Of a stretch of 64,000 nucleotides of DNA, positions 12,992 to 27,900 are shown one piece after another. Source of the DNA: Balanoglossus misakiensis. Taxonomy: Eukaryota > Animalia > Hemichordata. The notes beneath the pieces are model-generated. The model saw nothing but the letters and a program-made list of their open reading frames with translations, was not told where the DNA came from and made no database searches. Each line of letters begins with the position of its first letter. Position 1 is the stretch's first letter. The position numbers and the translations under genes are program-made. The stretch is taken from NCBI GenBank assembly GCA_040954595.2, contig CM082579.2, positions 12,277,834 through 12,341,833 of the forward strand. The letters run 5' to 3'.

Positions 12992-15023
12992 ATTTTAGCT
13001 CACATAATCTTGAGCTAATGTCATACTGATTTCTGTCTATGATTCTGTGTGTGTCTGTCTGAAAACGATTTTTCAAGAAAGGCTGAGCGGATTTGTTACG
13101 CTAGTTTAGTTTTTGAATGGCAAGATCTGTTCAGATTTTGGTGGTCGAGGCTTCCACATTATTGAAGTTATCAGTTTTTTTTTTTCTTTTACGTGGTTGT
13201 CTATGGGAATAGCATTGTCATACAGAGAATCACTGCACCCATTTTAAAAAACCATCTACAAATCCGCTCATGTGCATATTCAGCTACCTTTTCTAATTAG
13301 TGCTACATTCCTGAACTTATTGCACCAAAGTTGATGAAAGATCCTACACATATTGATCTGGCCGAGATCTGACATTGTTATGAAACATATTTCATTTCAT
13401 GACCAATTGGACTCATAAATCCACAGATCAGGCACTAAATGTGATGAATCTTGCCAAATATATTGTTTTCATATCTTTTAAACTGTATTTAGTCATACAT
13501 TACTCTTTTTAACCAATATACTGCTCAATTGAATATTTTATGAACGTTTCTAATTAGTGATATAATTCTCAAATTTCAGCGACGACTTCGATGAAACATG
13601 CTACAAATGTTGATCTGACAAAGATCTGACTGTATTGTGATACATTTAGTAGTGTCATGTTAGTTAACGCTTATTTGCATAATTGACTATTTTGTGCAGT
13701 CAGCCCTTTCAATCCAGGGTTCCTGCACTGAATTTAATTAACCTGGTCAGAAATAACTGTTTTACATGAACTATGCTGTATTTTAAAACACTCTGCCAGT
13801 TTCTAACTCCAAATATGCATATTCAAATACTGTTCTTATTAGCGTTCTTTTTCTGAAATTACTGCACACGTGATGACAAACGTTTCAGTGATTGATCTGA
13901 CTGTGATCTGACAGTGATGAGTCAGTAAGCAGCCGTGTTTATCAACTGCTAATTTGCAAATTTAATGAAATTGTTTCTTTAAAAATCAAGAGATACTGAG
14001 CTATATTTGATGAAACTCGCCAGGCGTCGTTTTCACACTTATTCATGGTGAAAGACTTTATTTAGAGACACTGCACACTAACAGTGCACATTCATCATTA
14101 ATAAATTAATAAACCGCAAATTTTCTAATAAATGATATATTACTTAGATTACTGCATGTACGTTAATGAAACAAGGTACAGAGATCTGAATGTACTGGGA
14201 GACATTTGCCAGCGCCATGTATAGTAGGTATTATATTATATCATGCTACCGTCCGCCATTCTGATTGGACGAGAGCTCAATCCAGCGATGCTAAAATACT
14301 CAATATAGCACTGCTGAAACGGGCCCCAGAACCAGCATGCGGCAGCAAAAAGTGCGGTTAAACCACAGTTGCGTGTATTTAAACCAAATAAATAAAATAA
14401 AAATACTGTTGAATTAACGGACGTTTTATTTTGTAACTGCTCTGTGGAAATATTTGTCACTTTGCCACGTGCGATGCCAGTCTTTTCACTTTTTGTCGTC
14501 TGTTTCATGTTTAATGCTCGATCCCGGACCGCTCGTGTTTACATTCATTGTCGCCATTTTGGTTCACGATCGTAATTTTTCTTTCTGACGCTGTTTCGTT
14601 AAGAAAATGACACTGATATGCCACAAAATCAATTGTTGATATAATATAATAGCAATAACCCCCGCCTCAGTCGGGTATACACTCGATTCGGGTACAATTC
14701 GCTCCATATAGCACTCGCCTGACGGCTCGTGCTATATGTCTCGAATTGTACCCACATCTTGCGTATACCCGCCTGCGGCGGGGGTTATTGCTTAAATGAT
14801 TTAAATATTTAACAAAGTAGTGCAATAATAGCTTTGAACCGGCGGTTATTAAACAAGTTGTATGAAACTTACTTGAGAAAACATTTTCATAAAGATATTA
14901 ATGAAAAATAGACATCCGTTGTGATGAAAAAAGCTGAAATTGGTGATAACGTATTGCTTATATTTGCACATTTTCAGTCTTTTTAAAACTGTACACACGC
15001 GAGCAAATTCAGTTCATATCTGC
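12992..15023 (+). mobile_element. Probable non-autonomous Helentron (HINE-like), interrupted by the 14229-14792 element
   Basis: Starts TTTTAGCTCAC...GAGCTA followed by TGTCTG/TGTG microsatellite. Contains degenerate internal repeats (ATTGATCTGAC..AGATCTGAC) and ends GCGAGC...TCTG. Boundaries approximate. Confidence 0.45.
14229..14792 (+). mobile_element. Hairpin-ended non-autonomous element (Crypton- or Helentron-like)
   Basis: TATTATATTATATCA (14229) and TGATATAATATAATA (14637-14651) are inverted. They are followed by a ~140-bp hairpin AGCAATAACCCCCGCC...GGCGGGGGTTATTGCT with loop CTCGCCTGACGGCTCG. Confidence 0.75.
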
Positions 15024-15039
15024 TTAAAGACAGCAGTCG

Positions 15040-18000
15040 CTTTCTTTAATCCAATGTTGCAAATTCAATAAGTCGTCACCATGACTTATCAAAAAGCTCA
15101 TATCATCAGCATACGCTGATAAGCGACAACGTTTCCCAATATTAGAAGTTCAAAGCCACTCATATTACTCTGAGTACGAACTTTATGGAGGAAAGGCTCA
15201 ATACAGATTGAGTACGACTGGCCCGACAAAGAGCACCCCTGCCGGATACCGCGATTAAAAGAGATTGGTGCAGTAAGCCCATTATTTAGCTTCAAAAGAC
15301 TTTCAGTGCTAGAGTATAGGAGCTTTATATAACTAATAAGATTGGGGCCAAATCCAAAAGCCTGCAAAGTCTTAATCAAATAATTGTGATGGACCCGGTC
15401 AAAAGCCTTTTCCTGATCTAACGAAAAAACACCGATCATTAGCATATCGAACAACACCATGAATAAGATTGATATTCTCAGAAATATGCCTGCCAGGGAT
15501 ACAGTAACGTTGATCTATATCAATAGTATCTGATAAAACAGTCCAAGGCGAATTTACAAGGCTTCCGGTAAAATGTTGTAGACCGAACATAAGACAGAAA
15601 AAGAGGCCAATTGTTAATAGTGTACTTTCACCCGTTTAAAGTGAACCGACACCTTCCTTGTAGAGAGATTCTAATAAAATCTTTGTGAAAAACATGAGTG
15701 ATTTGCGTCGTTTTTATTCACTTTCACTTATCGCGCAGCAGCGTAGCGTCGATCTCGATATGCAGTGTGACGTCACCAACTACGCACCAGTAGCAGACGC
15801 CACCGTGCGCACGCTAACGTACACAGACAGTTGACATGGCTGGCTCCCTCGCAAGTGGGAGCAAAAACAGAGTTGGCAAAAACACGGTGAAAGGTTTTAT
15901 AAGAGTTCCCGACCCTTCGGTGGACAGTCAAAATGCAAATCGACCTGAAAAATGGGTGTCAAACATTGGCATATTATTTCGGTGCTTATTGCTGAGACAG
16001 ATGATACTTTTGCTTCGGAAATGTTCGTGTTCAACTAGGTCCTATATCGTGAAGCATATTGCAAAAAAAAAAAAAAAAAACTACACAGCAAAAATTGTCG
16101 AAACAGCCGGGGCTCCTGATTTCCTTTGATCACCATATGACGAAACCGAATTTTTGGCATTGTAAATCAAAACTCTGATCGGAAGAAAGTAGTGTGGCGG
16201 AAATAGGCCTACTAGTGAACACTGTTTTTGTCGCGTACCCAAGCTGTGAATGCATCGCAAAACCATTTCCAAAGACAAAAACGACCACGCGATATGGAGT
16301 TTTCAAACGAAGATATCGTCGGATTTTTGTACGAACCCGAATACAGCAGCGATGAGATGGTAGGCGACTCAAGTGAAACTGATTCCAATAGTACAGCGGC
16401 AAGTGTAGACAGCAAAGACGATCGAGAAGAGTGATCGGCTTCGTCTTTCGTCACGCTCATGCTCATGGTGTAGCTGCGCTGCGGTAAATGCGAAGTTATT
16501 TCTACTGTCAAGGAATGCCGGTGCTGCCATGAAATAGATGTCTTGACAAGGCAGTTAGATAAAGACTTGAATGACATATCACGAAGCCATGCGATAATTT
16601 TTGACATTTAGTCACCCATGTCATAATAGGGACCCTCGTGATTTCCCAAAAGAATAGAAAGTAAGCCTATTGTCACTCTCGCGAAAATGTCTACCACACG
16701 TGTCTACCATCCTTTACGTTGATCAACAGCTGTGAAAAGATGCGGCTTTGTTGATCAAAGGGAGGCAGAAACTCCGATTGTCATGTTTCGAGTACATCTG
16801 TGGTGCTTCCAGATGGTAGAGGTGGTCGTTTTTGTCTTTGGAAATGGTTTTGCGATGCATTAACAGCTTGGGTACGCGACAAAAACAGTGTTCACTAGTA
16901 GGCCTATTTCCGCCACACTACTTTCTTCCGATCAGAGTTTTGATTTACAGTGCCAAAAATACGTCCATGGTCATATGGTGATCAAAGGAAATCAGGAGCC
17001 CCGGCTGTTTCGACAATTTTTGCTGTGTAGTTTTTTTTTTTTTTTTTTTGCAATATGCTTCACGATATAGGGCCTAGTTGAACACGAACATTTCCGAAAC
17101 AAAAATATCATCTGTCTCAGCAATAAGCACCGAAATAATATGCCAATGTTTGACACCCATTTTTCAGGTCGATTTGCATTTTGACTGTCCACCGAAGGGT
17201 CGGGAACTCTTATAAAACCTTTCACCGTGTTTTTGCCAACTCTGTTTTTGCTCCCACTTGCGAGGCAGCCAGCCATGTCAACTGTCTGTGTACGTTAGCG
17301 TGCGCACGGTGGCGTCTGCTACTGGTGCGTAGTTGGTGACGTCACACTGCATATCGAGATCGACGCTACGCTGCTGCGCGATAAGTGAAAGTGAATAAAA
17401 ACGACGCAAATCACTCATGTTTTTCACAAAGATTTTATTAGAATCTCTCTACAAGGAAGGTGTCGGTTCACTTTAAGGGATTAGAGTTAAATAGCTCTTC
17501 TACAAGATAACGGAAGAGTACCATCCTGAACTGCAGCAGTGAATACATCGAAATAGTCTTTGCCAAGAATGGACCTTTTTTATAAAACTCTGCCGGGAGA
17601 CCAACAATACCCGGGAAGCGTCAGCGATTGCGTAACTTCCTCAAAAGAATGAGGCAATTCGGCAAATCTTTTAAAAAGTAACTCCTGAGCTTCAATCGAA
17701 ACAGCATCTGGAGAGTAAAGCTCAGAGAAGAAATCTCTCGCTAATTGATTCGAGGTGGATTTTTTGTGAGTTAACCATTCATCATGAAATTATTCACACC
17801 TTTGTGGCGTTCCAGATCATAAAAGAATGACGTAGAACTGTCACTTTCATTCAGCTGTTTGAACCTTGACCTAACAACAGCGCCTTGCACCTGCGAATGA
17901 ATAATCTTGTCCAATAGATTTCTCTTTTCAACAAAAGTGGCAAACGCTTCACAACCTCTCCCGTGAGTGATTTCAATTTTTGTATTTCACGTAATTCACA

Positions 18001-18400
18001 CTCCAGGTCGCGTTTCAGGTTTAATATCCCCCTTTTTTTCTTTCAGTACAATACTGCTGAGTCAGAAATTTAATTTATTGTTTCCCTATGTCCCATCACA
18101 CCTGAATGGAACTATAGAGTGTTTAACATAGTTTTCAGTTCACCCCTTATCAGCAATGATTTCGCACTAATCTTCGTCAGATAACAATTCAGTTTTTAAA
18201 CACCATACTGCACTACGCGGTTTAAAAGTGGATTGAGAAACGCCCATGTTGACGACTTCGTGATTAGACTTGAAACCAGTACTTAGTAACAATAGAAACA
18301 GGCTGAAATTTACTGCACAGATGTTTTGATTGTAAAAGCGATCAAGTCTTGCCGCACTACTCTGTCTTTTCCAGGTAAATGTCACACACCTAACTTTGGA
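15040..18400 (-). pseudogene. Tx1/L1-clade LINE ORF2 remnant, split by the Kolobok insertion
   Basis: FTWKRQSSAARLDRFY (EN), SLDQEKAFDRVHH and GIRQGCSLSG (RT). Removing 15640-17472 plus one TTAA rejoins TLIP*TG...NW, matching the ITLIPKxG...NWRPI region. Confidence 0.8.
15640..17472. mobile_element. Kolobok-derived foldback element: TTAA TSD, ~650-bp TIRs, KolX (P2X7 C-terminus-like) remnant
   Basis: TTAA at 15636-15639 and 17473-17476, termini AGTGAACC...GGTTCACT. Arms 15640-~16288 and ~16822-17472 are near-identical inverted copies. The centre reads FLYEPEY...acidic...CGKCEVISTVKECRCCHEI with stops. Confidence 0.85.
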
Positions 18401-18785
18401 AGCGTGAGAACCTCAACACGCCATGCATAGATGTAACTACATTTCCAAGGCGTGAACTCGCCCGCATGGGTTGGCCTTTCTGAATATCGGCGTTGAATCT
18501 ACACTCTACACGTGTTCCCGTCCCTCTTCATCATTCATCATCAACCGATATTCCGACCAGACCCAGACGAGCGTGGTCTACTCTTTGTTGGGAGACATGA
18601 CATAAAGTTCAGACTGCCCTGACCGTGAATATGTCGGAAGGAGAAGAAGAAGAAATCTACTATAAAACCAATAGGGGCCTCGCCCTTTTGGAGGCCTGGG
18701 CCCTTAAAAATAATGCAAACTTTGGCAATTATTAAGGCTTTAACTTTGATCTGTGCTTGTTTTGATAGCATTGATATCCCAACGC

Positions 18786-18793
18786 AATATAAA
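18786..18793 (+). promoter_or_regulatory. Candidate TATA box of IFI44-like paralogue 2
   Basis: AATATAAA lies ~140 bp upstream of the ATG at 18929. Positional evidence only. Confidence 0.3.
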
Positions 18794-18928
18794 GTAGGTT
18801 ATCGGGTTGATCATTAACTGGGCATACTTGGCGCTCCCGCATATAGTCCAGTGATCGTTGGATTTACATTCATAGTACTCCAGTCGACAATCTTTTACCT
18901 ATACATTGAACACTTCTCGTCGAAGAAC

Positions 18929-21900
18929 ATGGGAAACAAAGGGAGCAAAAAGGTGGAGACCAAAACGGTGGAGACCAAAAAGGTGGAGACCAAAAAGGTG
19001 GAGACCAAAAAGGTAACGTGTAAGCTAGTATCTCTATTTCATAAATAATTCGTTTATATCAGTGGATTTGTCTTTTTATGCTATTACATTGCTCTGGTCG
19101 GGCCGTGTCAACATTCGCGTTTTACTCGTCAGTGACAGGGCAATTACATCACTGGTACCTTCCTCAGCTGAACGAAAAAAATATTGCCGATTAATATACA
19201 GCTATCATAATTTCTATGTCAATTGATTCGAAAAGCGCGTGTTACTTTTCCAAACATTCTGCTCAATTTATCAACTTTTATTTCTTGTCATACGCCTTTC
19301 CCACCATTAAATTACCTGGTCTTAGGCTATACAGTCAACTTTGAACATGTTCCGTTACAACAAACTTTTAACAGTATAAATCAATGCGTGTATTGTTGAC
19401 AACAGAAGTTAAATTCTGATTTAAACATGCCATAAGACCTACATAGACCGACACAGGTTCATAATCCCCCTAATCCCCTAAATGACAGAAAAAATTGCAA
19501 TTTCCCAGATTAAAACAACAGTGGCATAGATGTGAACGTCTTAGTCAACACATGAAGGAAATTGTTCAGAAAGATGTGGTGTGTTGAGTTTGAGTGCAAA
19601 ACCTAGGCACGACACCCTTCTGTATTATCATGATAATCACACGCCACAAGTAGAGTTTGTGCTGAGTTTATTTCCCATGAGTTCAATGGTCAACGATAAG
19701 AATACTGACTGCACACAGCTACATGTAAATGGGTTACATTTTGATATTCAATGTTTGAGTTTAATCCGAAAATGTTGCGCGACTTCATTGGCTAAGCCCT
19801 TTACTATCGTACATGACTCATATTACACATGAAGTCTTGAAAAATATGACTCAAGACTTGAAAATTTAGCATAAAATAGAGGTCCTGGTACACTTGTTAC
19901 AATTATGTTTCGACGTCATCTGACCCCTGTATACCTGTGGTATGAGGCATCAATTTGCACAGTACTATCTTGAAATTGTAACGGAATTTTAGCAGAGGAA
20001 CAGAATGGATTGAGAAAGGATTGGTCTTGTCAACACCATAGTTATGTTCTGACTACATATCATCAGTGGTAATACAATGAATGAGAATATATCAGTGTTG
20101 CTTTATTTCTTGATCTACATAAGGCTTTTGTCTTTGTAGATAGAGTTTGTTTACTTTACAAATAATTGATGAATGGTATTATATGGTAAAATTGATTCCT
20201 CCATAAAAGCGGTTTATAGCAATACAAACGCACCGGTAAGTCCCAAGTGTAATCTATCAGCTACATTTCATACAACTACAGTTTTTAGACAAGGAGAAAA
20301 GAATCACTAACTCTATTTTCTTTTTTTAGTTCATGCACGAAGCGGTAAACTTATAGTTTAGGTCGGTGTTAGGCTATTCCTAGTTCATCAGCAATTTCAG
20401 CGTCGTTTGGGAAGTGATCATTGTGCAATTGGGCAATAAAGTTCTACAAAACAAATCGATTTGGTCACAATTCACTTTTTGGAAATTTCTCTGGGGTACT
20501 CAGAATAAATCGGAGTCCGAAGTCAACATGGGGAGCATGTGTCGTCTCACACTTTCATGCTAAACGTAGGGCTGTACCATTATTTACAGAAACGAATGGA
20601 TTAAACTACTACATTTGTATTTATTTACTCTCACACAGTTTAGACTGCCATTTCCTGCCATTTTGAAGTCACCTGACAAAGATTCCATTCTTACAACCTT
20701 TGAACCTTATTCTACCATATATGGAATAAATCATTAAATCACTCATTCCCTAAATAGAAACTATGGGATTTTATGGAATCAGTGCCTGTGTGAACGTGTG
20801 TCCATCCACATCAAAAACTTGGAAACCGCTCATGTTATCACGTTGATATTTGGTATGCAGTTGCAAACTGGCTGTAGATGGGAGTTTGTTCAAATTAGCT
20901 GGGATAACGTGAAATTGGTCAAAACTCAGAATATCAACAACTGCTGGGCAAATTGCTTTGTAAATTAAATTGGTATACATGTACAGATAAGTTTGTTTAT
21001 TTCTCAAAAAACAGAGTCACAGCCCATCATTTCCATAAGCGTACAAAATCAAAGAAAGAAACATATAGACACGTGACAATGAAAAATTATTAAGTTTTAT
21101 TTGCAAGTCAGACACAGGAAAAGCCATTGCTCTGATATTAGAGCTTCATCCCTTCTCAACATTGCTTTATGAATGAAAACAGATAAATTAAATAAAGTAG
21201 CAGGGTTCTTTGGCGAAAGCAGTGAAATGAGTTTTTCAGTTGTCGAGTGGACATTTACATATGCTGGCAACAACTTTCAAGTTCAATATACATCGGACAG
21301 AACATTAAGACATGTATTTCATTCTCCTGTATAATAGATTACGTTTCTCACAAAAGTAACAAGTTCTTCGTCTTTGGTCTGTGTGGGCATGTCTTCCGGT
21401 TTCAATAACGAGGCGATGGTTTGAGCAGCGAAATTTTGACAGAGAAAATTTATAGTTCAGTACTTGGCCATGCTGTATGTAGCACTCTGGTTCAAGTTGC
21501 GACTTGAAGAAAGAATAAAATCTAATTCGCGGGGATTAACTAACTACAACATGCCACTCTTGCCTATAATAGTATTTTAGTCTTTGATAAAAGACAGATA
21601 AAAACAAACTGTGATTTCCCACTTGCTGTTCCAGCCACACCTCCCCAAAAGCATATCTCATGAGAATGCCTTTTATTTTGTAACCCAATTAACTTTGCTT
21701 GATTCATCCAAGTTTTCAACATTTTGTAACATGCCTTCGGAAAACGAGAATCACTCATTTCTGTAAATTTAAGCCAGTAAGAAATGCATTGTTTCATGTA
21801 TGTACAGCCTAATGGGAATCTCCCACGTTCACCCAAAATGGCTTCATTATTCACACCACTCCCAAGACCAAGTAAAAATCTACATAACTGAAAATGAATA

Positions 21901-24900
21901 GCGTCGATAACAGGAGAGTATATGTATGTACATGTACCTCATGACAACCTCGCTGATTATATTTCAACAAATGTTTTTGCACAGATTCATTTTTATAATT
22001 GAAAGAACTGAATGGGCTTGGCTCCATATTAATGAAGTAAATATTACATGTTAGATCATGTGTGATTATCTTATGACCTGTGTGTTTCCTGTAAAATTTC
22101 TCCTCATTTGCATGTTTCATAAATTATTGTCATTAGTGCAGTCTATGATAGTCCCCCCCCCCCCCCTTCACACATGCAGGTGTTGACGTGGCTGTTATGG
22201 ACGTTTTGGCTGATAATGTCTATGTTGGCAATGCCTATTAATATTCACTCTCTGCAAATTTACCTTCACACTGAAAGTGACAAACTAGAGATTGGCTATT
22301 GCCTTAGTTACAAACATCAGTAGAGTCAAGGTGATCAGTACTGGCACTCAATATCAGATTATTGTTTGTGGTCTGACAGTACTACGAGAAAATTAAGCAC
22401 TGTCATGTCATGATCATTTAAAGACTCTATATTTTTCCATTTTTATTAAACTAAAAGGAACCAGTAAACACAACGCAGAAAACAATCGACGAAAAAAAGC
22501 AGCAAATGAAAAAGCTCTTCGATGTAACATTTCAAGAAGAAAATAAGAAATTGCAACGCTTAAGGGCAGAGAAACTCAAGGAAATTCAAAAGGTAGGGTA
22601 TATAAATTCTTGATAAGTTTTTTCACTTTAGTATGTCATATTTTAACAACTTGTGTGATAGAAACACATGGCGCGATTATGCAGCAGAGTACTAGTATTT
22701 GCACGAGTGCTGGTACTGTGTTCTGCGGCCCTTCCTCACCCTCGAAATCACTCATGTCAGGGTAGCAAACTAAACCACCAGCACAAATGCAAATATCCCT
22801 GGTAAATTGAGTTTGTAAGATCTAGCTGTGAGGTTTTGGGGCTCATGTGCCACACATATGAGTTAATACCATACCAATTCTGTCTGTTCGTCTGTCCATC
22901 CCTCAGTGTTCCTGTTTGTTAGCCCAATATCTCCAAACCGCCTTAATGGATTCAAGTTAAATTTGGTACACAGGTTCAAGTTTGGAATGGCAATATAGTA
23001 ATTATAATGGGGGCATCTATATTTACGTATAGTTAACAGGGGTTACGATGAAACTGACTTAAAATATTGATCTGACAGATATCTGACTGTGTTATGAGAC
23101 ATTTATATGTGTCATGTAAATGAATCCACTAGAAGATGAGGGTTACTTATATGTGGGTCAAACCAGATATACATGTATGTTCTTTCAAATATTGTTTCTG
23201 TGATTGGTTGAAAGTTCAAGGCATGTTCATCAATGCTATATTGCAACCCTCTGTCATTCCATTTTCTTTCTGGATGGTGTGGGGTGGTGTGGGACTTGGT
23301 AAATGTTGTCATTCTGCACAACGCCTTCATGAGTCTATTGTAAATGTTTCAGCCCTAGTCCGAACTTAAGCGCAGGGGTAATCCATAATGGCATATGAAA
23401 TTATTCAAAAGTAGTTTGGCCACTGTAGAGGCTTTCTGATTTGTGGTTGGTGTATCTAAAGAAATGGTCTGTAAAAACTAGTACATTTTTCTACACCACC
23501 CTTGGATGGCTCCAGTGTTATAGGAAGGCTACACACAAAATCCATATGCTCAGAAGTTCTGAAATTATCTTGTGATGGAGGGTCCATTCAGCTGTTTTCT
23601 GCAGACAACATAGCTCACATGTGTCACTCCATGTTTTTACCTAAAGATATATTCGAGAACAATAGAATCATGAACAAATGATCTCAAGTGTTTTTTCACA
23701 TCCTTGGTTACCCATTTGGTGATTAGTATTAACACATCTTTCCGCTAGATGCTCGTTGAATGTTCTTGATAATGATATCAATTTTTTTCAGCACTGTTAA
23801 GAAGTGTTAGTCTCCAAGACATGGCATCATCAACCTCTGAAATGTAGCAGGGGCATTCAGCAGACCAAATGCATTCTGTTTGTGTCAAATAATCCAATTA
23901 GGGAAGTAAATGATGTCTTGGCTTTGTTACTTTCTTCCTCTTCCACCTGCCAGTCGCCAGCAGTCAAATCTGAGGTGTGGAAATATTTGGCACCTCCCAA
24001 TGCCTCATGGGCATCAATAATGCACGGGGATACAGCGCATGTTTAATTGCCGACAATCTATGCAGATACTGAGACTACCATCTCACTGTTGAACTACAAC
24101 AACAGAGCAGTTAGGGCTCTTTCTTAGCCTTATTACACCAGATGCTTCCATGTGTTTCCTGGCTTCCTGCTACTGTATGCGATGTGTAGGTTGATTGAAT
24201 GGTCGGTTGTCAATCAGTGGTCTGTCCATAGTTGAGTACATTTTAGAAAAAAAACACATCAGTATTCTTCGATACATTTGAAAGTTCTTGCAAATTTTCG
24301 TGACGTGACTCTCCACTGCAACATTAGACATGTGTGATAGGGGAAAAACAACAGTTCATCCCTTAGGAGCATTTTGACTCTTACTCTGGTTTAGGGCCTG
24401 GTCAGAATTAACAGGGGGGGGGGGGGCTAGTGCGATTCGAAATCTGAATGCATGAAGAACACTGACCATCCACTGATTTCTTGCACAAAAAATGCTGACC
24501 CTCCCCCTTCTCCAGGAACAAAATCAAGTGACTCTCCCCACAGTACGTGAAATATCCCATGATTCATTCTGATTTGTACAATCAGAGATTACTCAGTCAA
24601 ACCAGGCAAAGTTCACATGTGTAGAGAAAATTGTAGACCACTAAACAGCGCTCCTATGAAAAGAATTTGAAACTGATGTATTCCCTCATCAGTGGGTATT
24701 CTGTGTTAGCAGACATTGTAAACCGAAAATTGAAGGGGGTGGGTTTGGGAGGGGGTGTCCCCCTGCCAAGTTAGAAAATTTTATAAAATACAGAGCTCAA
24801 AGGTGCATTTTAATGAACCAAAAAGCAAATTAACTCAACTACCTGTATGTTGGGAAGGGAAAATTTAACCTTCGCCGCTCAAAGTTAGCATGGGGGGGGG

Positions 24901-27900
24901 GGGGGGGGGGCAAGTCCCCTGACCTGGGACGTTAGATAAACCAGTCAATGATTGAAAGGTGTTGATGAATGAAGGGGGTTGGTGTGGGAGGGGGTGTCCC
25001 CCTCCCACATTAGAAAAAAATGAATTATGAAGGGTTCAAAACTGTATATTTGAGGACTCAAAACATTTTCGGTGTCATCCTTGCACAAAAATTAGTGACC
25101 CTCCTCCTGACTCGTGCCCAAAATGCAGCGGCCCTCCCCCGAACTGTTGCATGAAAAATGGTGACCCTCCCCCAATCGCACCAGCCCCCCCCCCTGTTAA
25201 TTCTGACCAGGTCCTTACATGAAATGTATATGCGGCCTGTTCACGTCTTTGCCTTGGTGTTGGTCTTCATGGCACCCTCAACTCATTCTGACTAATTCTG
25301 ATCACATTTGCTCCAATTAGCAAGGGCACCTCTTGCTGATATTCAGTAGTAGGTACAACAAACACAGGTCCGCTCAAAGAAGGTAAGGTCCAACCTGATT
25401 AAACTATGATGAGGAACATCTTTACCACTAGCACCTTGAATAAGGACATCTGTAGAATCAATCTCCATTTTATTCATATAACTATCTCACTGCTTTCTTT
25501 TTAGCCTATTGTGGAAGTGTTTTATAAAGACACCACTGAGGCAGACAAACGTGAGGCAAAAGAGAAAGCACAGCGGTCATTTTCAATGCAGGTTGAAGAA
25601 GACCGGAAACGATTGCAAGAAACTTTACAAAAGCAGGCACGTGAAATAGATATGGGATTCGAAAAACTGAAAGAAAGGAAAAGGAAAATTGTTACCTATG
25701 AATTTGGTGATCGGAATGGCCTAAGCTCATTTGGTAAATTAAACACAGAACGCATGAAGAAACAAGGAGCTGTCCGCATAGGTGTGTTTGGGCCAGCAGG
25801 CTCTGGAAAAAGCAGTTTCGTTAATTCTTGTGATCAAACCATTCGAGGAGTATATAAAGGTATGCTTTTTGGATATTTAAGCTGCTCCAGAGACATTGAA
25901 TTGAACACTATTTTATATGGCTCGCCAATATGACATGAAAATAGGCCCAATAACCGCTTTCCTGTATAATAACACATTCGTCTGTCTTGTGAAATTACAT
26001 ACTTGCATCTGTTTATGTATGTGTGTGATATTTTACACATCTTAGCACTTAATATACATCTGGCACCGAGAACAATATAATTTAGTGTGCACTAAAAAAA
26101 CGTACAGAACGGAACGCGTGTTAAATAAGTCTTAAGGCACCCCAACTCACCGTGTAAATGTATGCACTGTTATGACAGTTTCAAGACACCCCCACTCTAA
26201 TGCATGTAAACAAAAAAGAAAGATGGCTGCTCACTGTTTCAGCTGAGCGGTTTACGAACGATTGTATCCGCATTTTGGGCATTTTCAAAGCCAAATAATA
26301 TGGAACACAAGAACTAACCGAGATGTAAGATGTTTAATAATAGGGTTATTACGAAAATACTGCAAAGTATGCACTCGGACATTAGCGCAGCGCATCGTGC
26401 GATACCAGGCGCTAATGTCCTCGTGCATACTTTGCGGTATTTTCGAATAACCTCATAATATCAAATCCACATAATACCTTTAAAATGAAAAAAAAATAAA
26501 TACTGGAGAATACAGAGGTATATATTGGGGTATCAAGTTGTTCACAAATTCCTAGGGCAAAACTATGAGAGAGGCTTCCTTTAGAAAAGCATGCTCAGAT
26601 GTCTATATTTTCCGAAACTGTCTGCCATTTTTAAGAAGTGTCGACTGCTAGTCATTTTTCTTACTAACTTAGAGGGTCCAAATGCTGCTTAAAGCAGCGA
26701 GAATTTAGGTGAAATACACAGACATACAGATATGAGGTACATTGATACCATGTTCTGTATTTGCTCTAGGTTCGGCTGACGCCAACCCAGAAGGTGGAGA
26801 AGGTACAATTCGACTTTGTGACTACCTACATGGAGAATGGCATTTCGTACTTGTTGACTCACGTGGATTTGGTTCTTACAAGCAAGTTGAAATAGATGCC
26901 TTTCATGATATATTATATGGTAAAATAAAAATGGGCGAACAAGTAGAATATGGCGTCCAGCAAAGCCAACATGCAGACACAGTCTATAACACAGAAGACC
27001 ATATCCATGCTGTTATATTCGTTGTAAACGGAATAGACCCACACCTTGCCAATTTGGTTGGTTATTTGAATCCAATAAGGGAATATCTGAAAAAAAAGGG
27101 TAATTTGCTTCATTGTATTTGACAAAACCAATACGCTATACCATAGGCCTACATTGTACTTTAAACCACTGGGTAGACTATTAAATTGGTGGCTATTCAC
27201 GTTATGAGTGACAACAGGGTAAACTGATTGCTCACTGAAAATATCTGATGTCCGAATAGATCGACACGAACACTGTCAATTTATTATTTGAATAATCCTT
27301 ATCGAACACCTGCCCACTAAATGTGCTTAACCATTGCTATAAGTGTATAACCTAAATATCCTAGTTTACAAACGGTTCTGCCAGAATGACGCATTTTAAA
27401 TGAGTTTTCTTCTCAATCAAAATTATTTTTCTAATTTTTACACTGTGCCACTGACTGGAATCAACACTGACTTGACAAAGAAAGACATACATTCTCTAGC
27501 CTGTAGAAAAAAACATCAAAATGCAATTAATTATAGAAGGCCTCTGAAGGGTTCTGTTATGACAAAACGTTTTCTTGGTTGTATATCGAATGTAGTATAG
27601 AATAGAATAGACTAGACTAGAAAAGACTTACAAACATCTATTTCAGATTTAAGATGTTAATTGCATGTACCCCTTCTTTTAAAAACAGGTATTGCTCCTG
27701 TAACTGTAATAACGCATGTGGACAAGATAGAAGACAAAGATAAACATGCTATCATGGTAAATCGCATTTCTTATTTGTCTACAATATATAAAGGTAAAAT
27801 TTGGATTTATAGGAAAAAAAATCTTCATATTCTGTTTTGTTCAAAATGTATAGTTTGTAATGATATGAGAAGTTATAATGGTTAATGTTGTATTGGTGCT

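Noticed and set aside
16290-16560. Host P2RX7 gene
   Set aside because: Only the Cys-rich tail-like segment is present, with stops, inside a TTAA-flanked element. It is better explained as Kolobok KolX.
15836-17276. Two mirror ORFs of ~95 aa (MAGSLASG.../MAGCLASG...)
   Set aside because: They are the two arms of the inverted repeat and run through poly-A tracts. No recognisable domain.
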